Below, one piece after another: positions 17,843-26,431 of a stretch of 38,705 nucleotides of DNA. Both the position numbers and the translations under genes were made by a program. Numbering within the stretch: the first letter of the stretch is position 1; each line of letters opens with the position of its first letter. The stretch comes from Myxococcales bacterium (GTDB lineage Bacteria; Myxococcota_A; Polyangia; Polyangiales; Polyangiaceae). The DNA lies in the NCBI GenBank assembly GCA_043747615.1, contig JAYTOU010000102.1:1-38705 (forward strand). Reading direction: 5' to 3'. Under the pieces are notes generated by a model, which ran no database searches, was not told the origin of the DNA, and saw only the letters and a program-made list of their open reading frames with translations.

Positions 17843-19503
17843 AGAGGAAGATGAGGAACGTGGACTCCCCGTGATTCCGCGCACGAAATCGCTTCCGTGT
17901 ATCCTGCATCTACATGGCGGATGACGCCCATTCCGGGGTCGGACGTGAGCACGCGCTCCAGCCTTGCCGCCGCCTCTTTCGTTCCGTCGGCGATGACCAC
18001 CATGCCGGCGTGAAGCGAGCTTCCGATCCCCACGCCCCCACCGTGGTGGAAGCTCACCCAGCTCGCGCCCGCGGCGGTGTTCACTAAAGCGTTCAAGATC
18101 GGCCAGTCGGCGATGGCGTCGGAGCCGTCCTTCATGGCCTCGGTTTCGCGGTTCGGTGAGGCCACAGATCCGCAGTCGAGGTGATCGCGACCAATCACGA
18201 TGGGCGCCTTCACCTTGCCGGTGCGCACGAGCTCGTTGAACGCCAAGCCCACCTTGGCGCGATCGCCGTATCCCAGCCAGCAGATCCGCGCGGGGAGCCC
18301 CTGGAATTTCACGCGCTCGCGAGCGAGCTCGATCCACCTGCGAAGATCGGCGTCGTGAGGAACGGCGGCGAGAACCGCGTCGTCCGTCGCGGCAATGTCG
18401 GCGGGATCACCGGAGAGCGCCACCCAGCGGAACGGGCCCTTTCCTTCGCAGAAGAGCGGACGGAGGTAGAGGGGCACGAAGCCCACGAGATCGAAGGCGC
18501 GCTCGAGCCCCGCCTCTTTGGCGCCGGCCCGGATGTTGTTGCCGTAGTCGAAGGCTTCGGAGCCTGCCTCCTTGAATCCGAGCATGGCCTCGACCTCGTC
18601 GCGCATTCCGGCGTTCGCCCGCTCGACGTAGCCGGCGGGATCTTCGGCGCGGAGCTCGGCGGCCTCTTCGAGCGTAAATCCAGGGGGAACATAGCCGCCC
18701 AGCGGATCGTGCGCGCTCGTTTGCTCGGTCACGAGCGGAGGGATGACTCCCCGTTTGAGGAGCTCCGGATAGATCTCGGCCGCGTTGCCGCACAAGCCGA
18801 TGCTGATCGGTTTTCGATTTTTGCGCGCGCTCTCGATGGCGGCGAGGGCCTTGTCGAGATCGTCGATCCGTTCGTCGACGTAGCGGGTCTCGATGCGCTT
18901 CGTGATCCGCGTGGGATCGATCTCGATCGCGAGGCACGACATGCCGGCCATAGTCGCCGCGAGGGGCTGCGCTCCGCCCATTCCGCCGAGCCCCGCAGTG
19001 AGCACCCACAGCGGATCGGTCGTTTTCGTGCGGGCTTCGTAGGCTTTTCGCGCGGCGACGAACGTCTCGTACGTGCCCTGCAAGATGCCCTGCGTTCCGA
19101 TGTAGATCCAGGAGCCCGCGGTCATCTGCCCGTACATCGTGAGGCCGAGGCCTTCGAGGCGACGAAACTCGTCCCACGTGGCCCACTTGGGGACGAGGTT
19201 GGAGTTCGCGATGAGAATGCGCGGAGAGTCGGGCGTGGTCTTGAAGCGACCTACCGCTTTTCCGGATTGCACGAGGAGCGTTTCATCCGAGGCGAGCGCG
19301 CGGAGCTCGCGAACGATGACATCGAAGCACTCCCAGGATCGCGCGGCTTTTCCCGTGCCCCCGTAGACTACGAGGTCGTCCGGACGCTCGGCCACCTCGG
19401 GGTCGAGGTTGTTGTAAAGCATACGGAGGGCGGCTTCTTGGACCCAGCCTTTGCAACTAAGCTCTACGCCGCGGGGGGCGCGAACTGTGCGCGGTTCGCT
19501 CAT
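17803..19503 (-). CDS. hutU: Urocanate hydratase
   Basis: Start [12 protein letters not shown] (ATG 19503); [61 protein letters not shown]. Confidence 0.98.
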   Translation of the reverse strand: MSEPRTVRAPRGVELSCKGWVQEAALRMLYNNLDPEVAERPDDLVVYGGTGKAARSWECFDVIVRELRALASDETLLVQSGKAVGRFKTTPDSPRILIANSNLVPKWATWDEFRRLEGLGLTMYGQMTAGSWIYIGTQGILQGTYETFVAARKAYEARTKTTDPLWVLTAGLGGMGGAQPLAATMAGMSCLAIEIDPTRITKRIETRYVDERIDDLDKALAAIESARKNRKPISIGLCGNAAEIYPELLKRGVIPPLVTEQTSAHDPLGGYVPPGFTLEEAAELRAEDPAGYVERANAGMRDEVEAMLGFKEAGSEAFDYGNNIRAGAKEAGLERAFDLVGFVPLYLRPLFCEGKGPFRWVALSGDPADIAATDDAVLAAVPHDADLRRWIELARERVKFQGLPARICWLGYGDRAKVGLAFNELVRTGKVKAPIVIGRDHLDCGSVASPNRETEAMKDGSDAIADWPILNALVNTAAGASWVSFHHGGGVGIGSSLHAGMVVIADGTKEAAARLERVLTSDPGMGVIRHVDAGYTEAISCAESRGVHVPHLPLHLAGADTGVPGK

Positions 19504-21209
19504 GGCGGGGTCGTAGCATTTAGAGCGGGTACGCGCGCGCTCTTGTCCCATCGGTCTGCGAGATCTTCGGCGATGGCCGCAAGGAGCGGTCGTGTCGTCT
19601 CGCGGTGCGTGGCGCTGACGAAGACGATCTCGGGGTACATGCGGGCGAGCCGTTTCACCTCGCCAGGCGGCAGGAGATCCGACTTGTTGTACACGAGAAT
19701 GCGAGGGATGTCGGAGAGCTCCAGCTCGTCCAAGAGCTCGAGCGTGGTGTCCACGTGCTCGTCGCGCGCACGGTCGCCCGCGTCGACGACGTGAATGAGG
19801 AGATCGGCGTCTGCCGCTTCTTCGAAGGTGGAGCGAAACGCGGCGAAGAGATCCTTCGGCAGATCGCGGATGAAGCCCACGGTGTCGGTGATCACTACTT
19901 CGCGCCCTCCGTAACCCGCCCAACCCGCGTCGAGGTTGCGCGACCGCGTGTCGAGCGTGGCGAAGAGACGATTTTCCACGAGCACGTCGGAGCCGGTGAG
20001 CGCGTTGAGGAGCGTGCTTTTTCCGGCGTTGGTGTAGCCCACAATGGCGATCGTGGGGACGGAGTCGCGGGTGCGCTTTCGCCTTCGCTGCTCGCGCTGG
20101 CGGGCAAGCATCTTGAGCTGCGCTTCGAGGTGAGTGACGCGCTCCTTCGCCCGGCGCCTGCCGATCTCGAGCTTCGTTTCACCGGGGCCGCGCCCGCCGA
20201 TGCCGCCCGTCAACCGGGAGAGCGAGTCGTCCTTCAACCCGAGACGCGGGAGGCTGTATTTCAGCTGCGCGAGCTCGACCTGGAGCTTGCCGTCCCGGCT
20301 CTCCGCGCGCTGGGCGAAGATGTCCAAGATCAACTGTGAGCGATCGATGATCTTGAGATCGCTGACCTTGGCGATCGCCGCAGCTTGCGCAGGGGTCAGA
20401 TCACGATCGAAGATCAGGGTCTGCACGTCGAGCTCGACCGCGCGCATGATCACGTCGTCGAGCTTGCCGCGACCGATCACGAACTTGGGGTCGATGCGCT
20501 CGCGGGATTGAACGATGACGTCGGCCACGTCTGTCCCGGCGGTGCGGGCGAGCTCGCTCAGCTCGCGGATCTTTTCTTCGTCACTCGATTTCGAGCCCTT
20601 TTTCCGGGTTTTTTCGGTGACGTGAATGAGGATGGCCCGGCCGTCTTTGGCCACCACGCGCGTACGGGAGAGCCGCGCGAACTCCGCTTCGAGACCGCTC
20701 ATCAGGGAGCCGACGTGCACGTCCACGCGCGAGAGCGGCATCGGACCGACCTCGCGATACGGCGGCTGGCCCGCTTCGTCCGCGCTGCGCGGCACCACGT
20801 TGTACGCGTACATGATCGATCGCGGATCGCCGTTCGGTGCCATCTGGATGGCCGCTACGAGATCGAGTCGTAGGCGCACGAGGTCGGTGAGATCGTCCTT
20901 CGTGAGAGGCTCGCCGCGGACGTGCGTGTGGATCAGACGAAGACCGCGAAAGCGCCCCTCGGCCGCGCGGAGGCGACCGATGTCCGGGAGCATCAGCTTC
21001 GACGCGTCACCGACGATGACGTAATCGACTTGCCCCGAGCGATGGACGAGCACCCCCACCTGCCGCCCGCACTCCACCGATGCGTCCACGAGAGAGCGGG
21101 CGAGCTCGGGGGTGAGCAGATTTTCGATCGGGACCCGGCGCCGGTAAATGCGCTCCAGAGTTTTGATCGCTGCGGGCGAGAGCCCGGTCGTGTTTCCGTA
21201 GAGTTCGAT
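19500..21209 (-). CDS. hflX: GTPase HflX (long N-terminal form); apparent ATC start
   Basis: G1 [37 protein letters not shown]. The HflX-like N-terminus [10 protein letters not shown] extends to ATC 21209; the ORF-track start at 21089 is internal. Confidence 0.95.
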   Translation of the reverse strand: MELYGNTTGLSPAAIKTLERIYRRRVPIENLLTPELARSLVDASVECGRQVGVLVHRSGQVDYVIVGDASKLMLPDIGRLRAAEGRFRGLRLIHTHVRGEPLTKDDLTDLVRLRLDLVAAIQMAPNGDPRSIMYAYNVVPRSADEAGQPPYREVGPMPLSRVDVHVGSLMSGLEAEFARLSRTRVVAKDGRAILIHVTEKTRKKGSKSSDEEKIRELSELARTAGTDVADVIVQSRERIDPKFVIGRGKLDDVIMRAVELDVQTLIFDRDLTPAQAAAIAKVSDLKIIDRSQLILDIFAQRAESRDGKLQVELAQLKYSLPRLGLKDDSLSRLTGGIGGRGPGETKLEIGRRRAKERVTHLEAQLKMLARQREQRRRKRTRDSVPTIAIVGYTNAGKSTLLNALTGSDVLVENRLFATLDTRSRNLDAGWAGYGGREVVITDTVGFIRDLPKDLFAAFRSTFEEAADADLLIHVVDAGDRARDEHVDTTLELLDELELSDIPRILVYNKSDLLPPGEVKRLARMYPEIVFVSATHRETTRPLLAAIAEDLADRWDKSARVPALNATTPP

Positions 21210-21233
21210 GGGTGAGCCTGCTTCCTACGCCGC

Positions 21234-22514
21234 TTAGTTGTCGACGCACGTCGAGGTGGCTGCCGGGACCTGCCAGTTGAACAGCGAGGCCGTGATCCGG
21301 GGGTAATACATGGTGAACGAGTAGCACATTTCGTCGTTCGTATTCGGGCCGAACCCGACGGGCGTGGTCGAGGTGTTCGTCCACGCACAGCGCGTCTTCA
21401 CGACGTCGCCAGCGTGAATGACGCTGCTAATGGGGAACCAAACTTGATTCTGGAAATCCCAGTTGAGCTGCGTGCCCATGTCTGCGGGTCCATCCGTTGT
21501 CGCGATCGCGCTTCCAATCCTGTGCATATGGGGGAGCGCGGCAAACATGTGAAGGCCGTTGAACGTCGATGGCACGGTGAACGAGCAAGTCATGTCTTTT
21601 TTGCCCTGGGCGGGGATGGTGAAGCTCTCCGAGCCAAAGGCCATGACGTCGGCGTCGTTCGCCCTGAGCTGGTCCGTCGTGCAAAGCGTGAAGCCGGAGG
21701 AGTCCTTCTCGGCCGCAAGGTGGTTCACGTTGTTGTAGTGAATCTGGACCACGTAGTGGGTGACGCCTTGCTCGGGAAAACCTGCCTCTGGCGGTAGCTC
21801 GATGTTCTTACCGCCCGGCGCCCAGCCGTACAGAATGCGCCAGCCCAACGCGCCTCCGGAGCCGCATGGCGCGGGCACTCCGCTCACGGTAGACGGTGAT
21901 TGAAAGAGGAGCGCGTGGTGCACGATCTTGCTGTTGTCGATGTTCGGGCCGATGGCGACGACGTGCCGCTTTTGGCCGACGGTCACGTCGAAGCCGTAAC
22001 AGACGTAAACGTCCTCGGTGCTCTGGGGCATCGCCCAAGGGGATGCGGAGACGAGTAAGTCGTGCACGTCGCACGTGAGCGGTCCCGTACCCGAATCGCC
22101 CGCGCCGCCGTCCGTCCCCGACGCGCACGCGACCGTGCCGGCAGGTGCGCCCGCCGCGACCCAGTCGTCGATGATCTTCGTGTCGCTTGCCGACAGGCGG
22201 GCGTTCGGTGCTTGCGGCATGGGCTTCGCATCGTCGTGGATGCGCGTGCCGACGAGCTCGTAAACTTTCTTCGCGTGGTCGGTGCGGGCTGCGACGTTCA
22301 TGTCACCGGACGTGAGGAGAGCCATTGGCGCGCCGAACGTAGGAGGCGACGAGTGACACTGCCGGCACTTGGCATCGATGACCGCGTCGACCGCGCACGG
22401 GAGCGGCGCTCCCCCAACGGAAGGCGGCCCCTGGTCTTGGACTTTCGCCGAGCTGCAGGAGGTGACGCCGAGGGTCGCAACGAAGACGAAGCGAACCAGC
22501 GAAGATCGCGGCAT
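21234..22514 (-). CDS. Lipoprotein: cytochrome c domain fused to a copper type II (PHM/DBH-like) monooxygenase
   Basis: Lipobox GVTSC; CRQCH heme motif plus MP..IIDDWVAAGAP; Cu motifs IVHH, QIHY, PHMH, DEMC. Confidence 0.88.
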   Translation of the reverse strand: MPRSSLVRFVFVATLGVTSCSSAKVQDQGPPSVGGAPLPCAVDAVIDAKCRQCHSSPPTFGAPMALLTSGDMNVAARTDHAKKVYELVGTRIHDDAKPMPQAPNARLSASDTKIIDDWVAAGAPAGTVACASGTDGGAGDSGTGPLTCDVHDLLVSASPWAMPQSTEDVYVCYGFDVTVGQKRHVVAIGPNIDNSKIVHHALLFQSPSTVSGVPAPCGSGGALGWRILYGWAPGGKNIELPPEAGFPEQGVTHYVVQIHYNNVNHLAAEKDSSGFTLCTTDQLRANDADVMAFGSESFTIPAQGKKDMTCSFTVPSTFNGLHMFAALPHMHRIGSAIATTDGPADMGTQLNWDFQNQVWFPISSVIHAGDVVKTRCAWTNTSTTPVGFGPNTNDEMCYSFTMYYPRITASLFNWQVPAATSTCVDN

Positions 22515-22595
22515 GCGCGGGAGCATGGCACGAAAGCTTTCCCCTGGCCCGCTCGAACCGCGCTTCACGGCGCGTTGGAACTGGCCACCGATGCC

Positions 22596-23156
22596 TTAGC
22601 GGTTGATGCGTTCGAGGTAGGAGCCGGTCTCCGTGTCGACCTTGATCCACTCGCCCTCTTTGATGAAGAGAGGAACGTTGACGACGGCGCCGCTCGAGAG
22701 CGTGGCGGGCTTGGTGGCTCCGCTCGCCGTGTCGCCTTTGATTCCCGGCTCGCTCGAAACGACCTGCATGATCACGTTCGCGGGGAGCTCGACGCCGATC
22801 GCGTTGCCGTTGAAGAGAGTGACTTTGACGTCGAGGCCTTCGGTGAAGAAGCGCGACTCATCGCCCACTTTGATTTTTTCGACGTGAATTTGCTCGCCCG
22901 TGGCGGTTTCCATGAACACGTAGGTGTCCGACTCGACCCACGAGTAGGTCATCGTTCGCTCGTCGACGTCGGCCAGCTCCACGGCCTCGCCCGACTTCCA
23001 TGTGCGCTCGATCACGTTGCCGTTGACCAGATTTCGCACGCGGCATCGGGTGAAGGACTGGCCCTTCCCGGGCTTCACGAACTGGTGCTCGACGATGTGG
23101 TACGGCACGCCTTCGATCTGGATTTTCAGGCCTTTTCGGATGTCGGTGGTGTTCAT
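22596..23156 (-). CDS. efp: Elongation factor P
   Basis: FVKPGKG loop, PGIKGDTA, KPATLSSG, VPLFIKEGE. Confidence 0.98.
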   Translation of the reverse strand: MNTTDIRKGLKIQIEGVPYHIVEHQFVKPGKGQSFTRCRVRNLVNGNVIERTWKSGEAVELADVDERTMTYSWVESDTYVFMETATGEQIHVEKIKVGDESRFFTEGLDVKVTLFNGNAIGVELPANVIMQVVSSEPGIKGDTASGATKPATLSSGAVVNVPLFIKEGEWIKVDTETGSYLERINR

Positions 23157-23288
23157 CTTCGCTAGACCTTTTCTACGTACTCACAGAGTGCAAAGCGGTA
23201 CATCGCGGTGATGGCTGGTAGCACGGGCGGACGAGGCGCGGCAAGGGGTCTGGACAGTACTGAGCCGTCTCGGTAAAGCCTCTCCCGC

Positions 23289-24149
23289 ATGCACGACGTC
23301 GATGAGGAGCTTCGCGAAATCAAGCGCGAGATCATCGAGTCGCGTGGCCTCGTCATCAAGACGAACAACCTCACGAATGCGCTCAGCGCGGATATAAAAT
23401 CCATCGCCAAGCGCCAGCAAGTCTACGAGAAGCGCCTCACCATCAACAGTGCCACGGCGTACGTCGTCTTCGTGCTCGTTACCTTCACCGCCCTCAAATT
23501 TGCGTGGGACGCGCGGGTCGACGCCATCAAGACCGAGACCGAGCAGAAGAGCTCGGAGAATGAGCGTCTGCGAAAAGAGGCCCGCGAGACGCAGAAGCGC
23601 GACGACGATCGCGCGCGCGCCGAGATGAAGGCCACCGAGTACTACGAGCTTCTGCGCCGGGGAAAGCGGATCGAGCTCGTGGCGGCGTACGACGCGATCA
23701 AGAAGGAGCCCATCACCAAGGCCGAGCAGGCCGTCTTCGCCGACGGCGTCGACCGCGTGCGTAATGAGCTCGCGCTCCTGCAGTTTCAGCAAGGCTCGGA
23801 CAAGGCGCGCGTTCAGCGCTGGCAAGAGGCGGCAACGGCATTCGAGGAGTCCTTAAAGTACAAAGAGGACTCGGCCATCGCGCCGAGCGTGCATCTCGCG
23901 CTCGCCGAATCGTACCGACACCTCAATCGTCAGCGCGACGCCGTTCCCATCTTGACGCTCCTGGCCGACGCCTCACCGGACAAGGAAATTCAGGACGACG
24001 CGCTGTACTTGCTCGCGTGGTGTCAGACCGACATTCAAGCCTGGAACGACGCCAAGAACACGTGGCGCGCCCTCATCCGCCGCTTTCCGGATTCGCACTT
24101 CTCTCCCGAAGCACGCATGCAGCTCGCCCAGCTCGTTCTAATGCACTAG
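23289..24149 (+). CDS. Membrane-anchored coiled-coil/TPR protein (CpoB/BamD-like C-terminus)
   Basis: N-terminal coiled coil, TM AYVVFVLVTFTALKFAW, TPR helices ending DALYLLAW..LIRRFPDS. Confidence 0.82.
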   Translation: MHDVDEELREIKREIIESRGLVIKTNNLTNALSADIKSIAKRQQVYEKRLTINSATAYVVFVLVTFTALKFAWDARVDAIKTETEQKSSENERLRKEARETQKRDDDRARAEMKATEYYELLRRGKRIELVAAYDAIKKEPITKAEQAVFADGVDRVRNELALLQFQQGSDKARVQRWQEAATAFEESLKYKEDSAIAPSVHLALAESYRHLNRQRDAVPILTLLADASPDKEIQDDALYLLAWCQTDIQAWNDAKNTWRALIRRFPDSHFSPEARMQLAQLVLMH

Positions 24150-24865
24150 GCGACGAGGGTTTGGTAGGCGGAGGTCAGTGCGGCGAAACGTTCTTCGAGG
24201 GTGCGTCGCTCTTCGTTCGACACGCCAGGGTGAAGATCGGGGTGGTAGGCGCGGGCCAGGCGGCGGTACGCGCGCTTGATTTCTAGGGGATCCGTGTTCG
24301 GCGGGATGCCGAGGATCTGCCATGCCTTTGCCCGCTTCGGATCGCGTGTCTCAGGTGCGGCAGCGGGCCAGGGGGTGTTTCCGGTGGCGCGATCGCGGGC
24401 GCGGCGACGTCCGCGGAGAAACTCCGTCGGGCCGAGAGGAAGATCTGTGAGCGCGCCGCGGGGAGTGCGGACGGCGACGTGGAAGAGGATGCGCGCGTCG
24501 ACGAGCTGCTCGAGAAACTGCAGGCGACCGAGGAGCTGCCGGCGGAGGGCCGCTCCGATCACCGAGGGCGAAAGCCTGAAATCGGTGACGAGCACTTCAC
24601 CGAGGAGGCGGCGCGAGGCGACCGAGCGAAGGACGGAGCGGCGCAGGGTGTCCTCGTCGATCGCGCCATCGCGGCGGAGGACGTCGGCGAGAGAGGCCCC
24701 GGAGCCGTCGACTTCCACGGCCACGACGAGTCCGGCGCTGACGTGAACACGGTGGATGCGCCCGCGGTCTTCGGCGAGGGCGAGCGTGCCCGTCGCGGAG
24801 GCGCGGTGGAGGCCGCCGAGGAGATCACCGAGCGTCGTCAGGCGAAGCCGACCAGGGAGCTGCAT
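24146..24865 (-). CDS. J-domain protein (N-terminal DUF4388-like region, C-terminal DnaJ domain)
   Basis: Start MQLPGRL (ATG 24865); TLGDLLGGLHR..TGTL N-terminus; ILGI..IKRAYRRLARAYHPD..FAALTSAY J-domain. Confidence 0.88.
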   Translation of the reverse strand: MQLPGRLRLTTLGDLLGGLHRASATGTLALAEDRGRIHRVHVSAGLVVAVEVDGSGASLADVLRRDGAIDEDTLRRSVLRSVASRRLLGEVLVTDFRLSPSVIGAALRRQLLGRLQFLEQLVDARILFHVAVRTPRGALTDLPLGPTEFLRGRRRARDRATGNTPWPAAAPETRDPKRAKAWQILGIPPNTDPLEIKRAYRRLARAYHPDLHPGVSNEERRTLEERFAALTSAYQTLVA

Positions 24866-24903
24866 CCTCTTGGCGATAGCAGCGCGCGCCGAATACGGGC
24901 AAA

Positions 24904-25347
24904 TTACGGGGCTTTTTCGCCGACGAATACCTCGGCGAGGACCGTGGCCGTTTCGGGGACGCACGCATCTCCCACGCATACGACGGCGCGCACGCGGGCC
25001 TCGACGTGGCCGACGCCGCGCTCCCTGGCGACGAGAGCGAAGCCCCAGCGCCACGTGTCGTCGGCCTTCAACGTCGCGTCGGAGGGGCCGATCCGCCCCC
25101 GGAGTGGAGAGAGCGACGCACTCGCCTTGGTGATCTCGACATCGCCCCAGGTGATCTTCGCCCCCTCGGCACGGGCCTCCGCTTCGCAGCGAACGCGGCC
25201 GGGACTGACGGCGCGCTCGCACGTGACGATCGCACGCAAAGGAACTGCGGCACCGGCGACGCCGCCACCAGGGACGAGGCCCGACACGACCAGCGCCGCA
25301 AGCGTGATCCGTGCAGAGTGCCTACGCGGCCGGGCTTCGAATCGCAC
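24904..25347 (-). CDS. Hypothetical exported protein with two Cys pairs
   Basis: Signal-like N-terminus; C-X10-C and C-X4-C; start uncertain. Confidence 0.65.
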   Translation of the reverse strand: MRFEARPRRHSARITLAALVVSGLVPGGGVAGAAVPLRAIVTCERAVSPGRVRCEAEARAEGAKITWGDVEITKASASLSPLRGRIGPSDATLKADDTWRWGFALVARERGVGHVEARVRAVVCVGDACVPETATVLAEVFVGEKAP

Positions 25348-25369
25348 GCTTTCGTGGTATCAGGACGCG

Positions 25370-25948
25370 ATGCGACGCGCACTGCTCCTGTCTTCTTTTC
25401 TCCTCTTCGCGTGCGACGATAAGACCGCCACGCAGGGGATCGTCGATGCCGCTCCGACGGCGGTGACAGCGCCGCTCGATGCCGCGCCACGCGCGCCCAC
25501 CTGGGAGATGCCGGAGCGGCCGGTGCCAAAGTCGAGCCCCACGGTGACCTCGACCATGCCGCCCGAAGTGCAGATGAAGGCGATCGGCTACATGAACGCG
25601 ATGGGGCAAGTGCACGCGGAAGATGCGCCTGCCGATGCGGAGTACGCCAAGAGTCTTGCGACGCAGCTCAAGCCGCTCCTCTTGGCCGCGGACAAAGGCT
25701 CGGCAGAGGAGAAGTCACGTCTCAACCGGGTCGAAATCATCGGCGGAGGGCGACGGATCGATCTGCTCGCCGCCACAGGCTGCGATGCCCAGATGCCAGC
25801 GCGCGTCGTCGCGGGAGCGGCCTCTCTCACGTTGCTCCAGGCGCACGGCGTGCTCGTCATCGCCTGTCATGACGCGCGTGTTCAATGCTTGCAGAGTACA
25901 CGGGACCCGAGCGACATTCTCTGCACAACGGCGCCTCGTCACAAATAG
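25370..25948 (+). CDS. Hypothetical lipoprotein
   Basis: ATG 25370, MRRALLLSSFLLFAC lipobox; Cys-containing C-terminal domain (CHDARVQCLQSTRDPSDILC). Confidence 0.8.
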   Translation: MRRALLLSSFLLFACDDKTATQGIVDAAPTAVTAPLDAAPRAPTWEMPERPVPKSSPTVTSTMPPEVQMKAIGYMNAMGQVHAEDAPADAEYAKSLATQLKPLLLAADKGSAEEKSRLNRVEIIGGGRRIDLLAATGCDAQMPARVVAGAASLTLLQAHGVLVIACHDARVQCLQSTRDPSDILCTTAPRHK

Positions 25949-25989
25949 CGGCCTTGACGCGAGCGGATCGCGCACCCTAGATCTCACGC

Positions 25990-26424
25990 ATGAAACGATC
26001 CCTCGTCCTCGCGCTCTCCGCTCTCCTCTTCGTCGTCGCCGGCTGCAAAGGAACCGCCGAGCTGAGCCTCGGAACCGTCGGAAACACGATGGTGTACGAC
26101 CAGACCTCCCTAACGGTGAAGGCAGGACAGAAAGTCCACCTCGTCCTCAAGAACAACGGCAGCACCCAGGCGATGCAGCACAACTGGGTGCTCGCCAAGA
26201 CGGGGACAGAGGCCGCTGTCGCCGAAGCGGGGGGCCAGGCTGGCGCCGGCTCCAACTACGTGAAGCCGAACGATCCGAACGTCATCGCTTCGACGCCGAT
26301 CTCCGCTCCGGACACGTCGACCGAGGTGATCTTCACCGCGCCTGATCCCGGCGCCTACCCGTTCCTCTGCACGTTCCCCGGGCACGCCGCGACCATGAAG
26401 GGCACCTTGACTGTTACGCCGTAG
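25990..26424 (+). CDS. Blue copper protein (auracyanin/azurin family) lipoprotein
   Basis: Lipobox VVAGC; type-1 Cu ligands in MQHNWV and FLCTFPGH..MKG. Confidence 0.93.
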   Translation: MKRSLVLALSALLFVVAGCKGTAELSLGTVGNTMVYDQTSLTVKAGQKVHLVLKNNGSTQAMQHNWVLAKTGTEAAVAEAGGQAGAGSNYVKPNDPNVIASTPISAPDTSTEVIFTAPDPGAYPFLCTFPGHAATMKGTLTVTP

Positions 26425-26431
26425 TCTGGAT

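Noticed and set aside
18181..19794. Long antisense and alternative-frame ORFs (e.g. 18181..19794 +, 31632..33008 +, 35085..36368 -, 14561..15808 -)
   Set aside because: They shadow well-supported genes, are Arg/Ala-rich without motifs, and are expected in high-GC DNA.
17803..19923. 706-aa extended HutU, and similar N-terminal extensions of hbd, the NtrC regulator, the J-domain protein and rmd in the ORF track
   Set aside because: The extensions overlap neighbouring genes or promoter DNA; family similarity begins at the internal starts used above.
22526..22542. TGGCACG sigma-54 -24 element on the plus strand
   Set aside because: No GC at the -12 position (TT instead) and no plus-strand gene downstream.
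25954..25984. Sigma-70 promoter for the blue copper gene (TTGACG...TAGATCT)
   Set aside because: Good -35 but poor -10 match and spacing; cannot be supported without TSS data.
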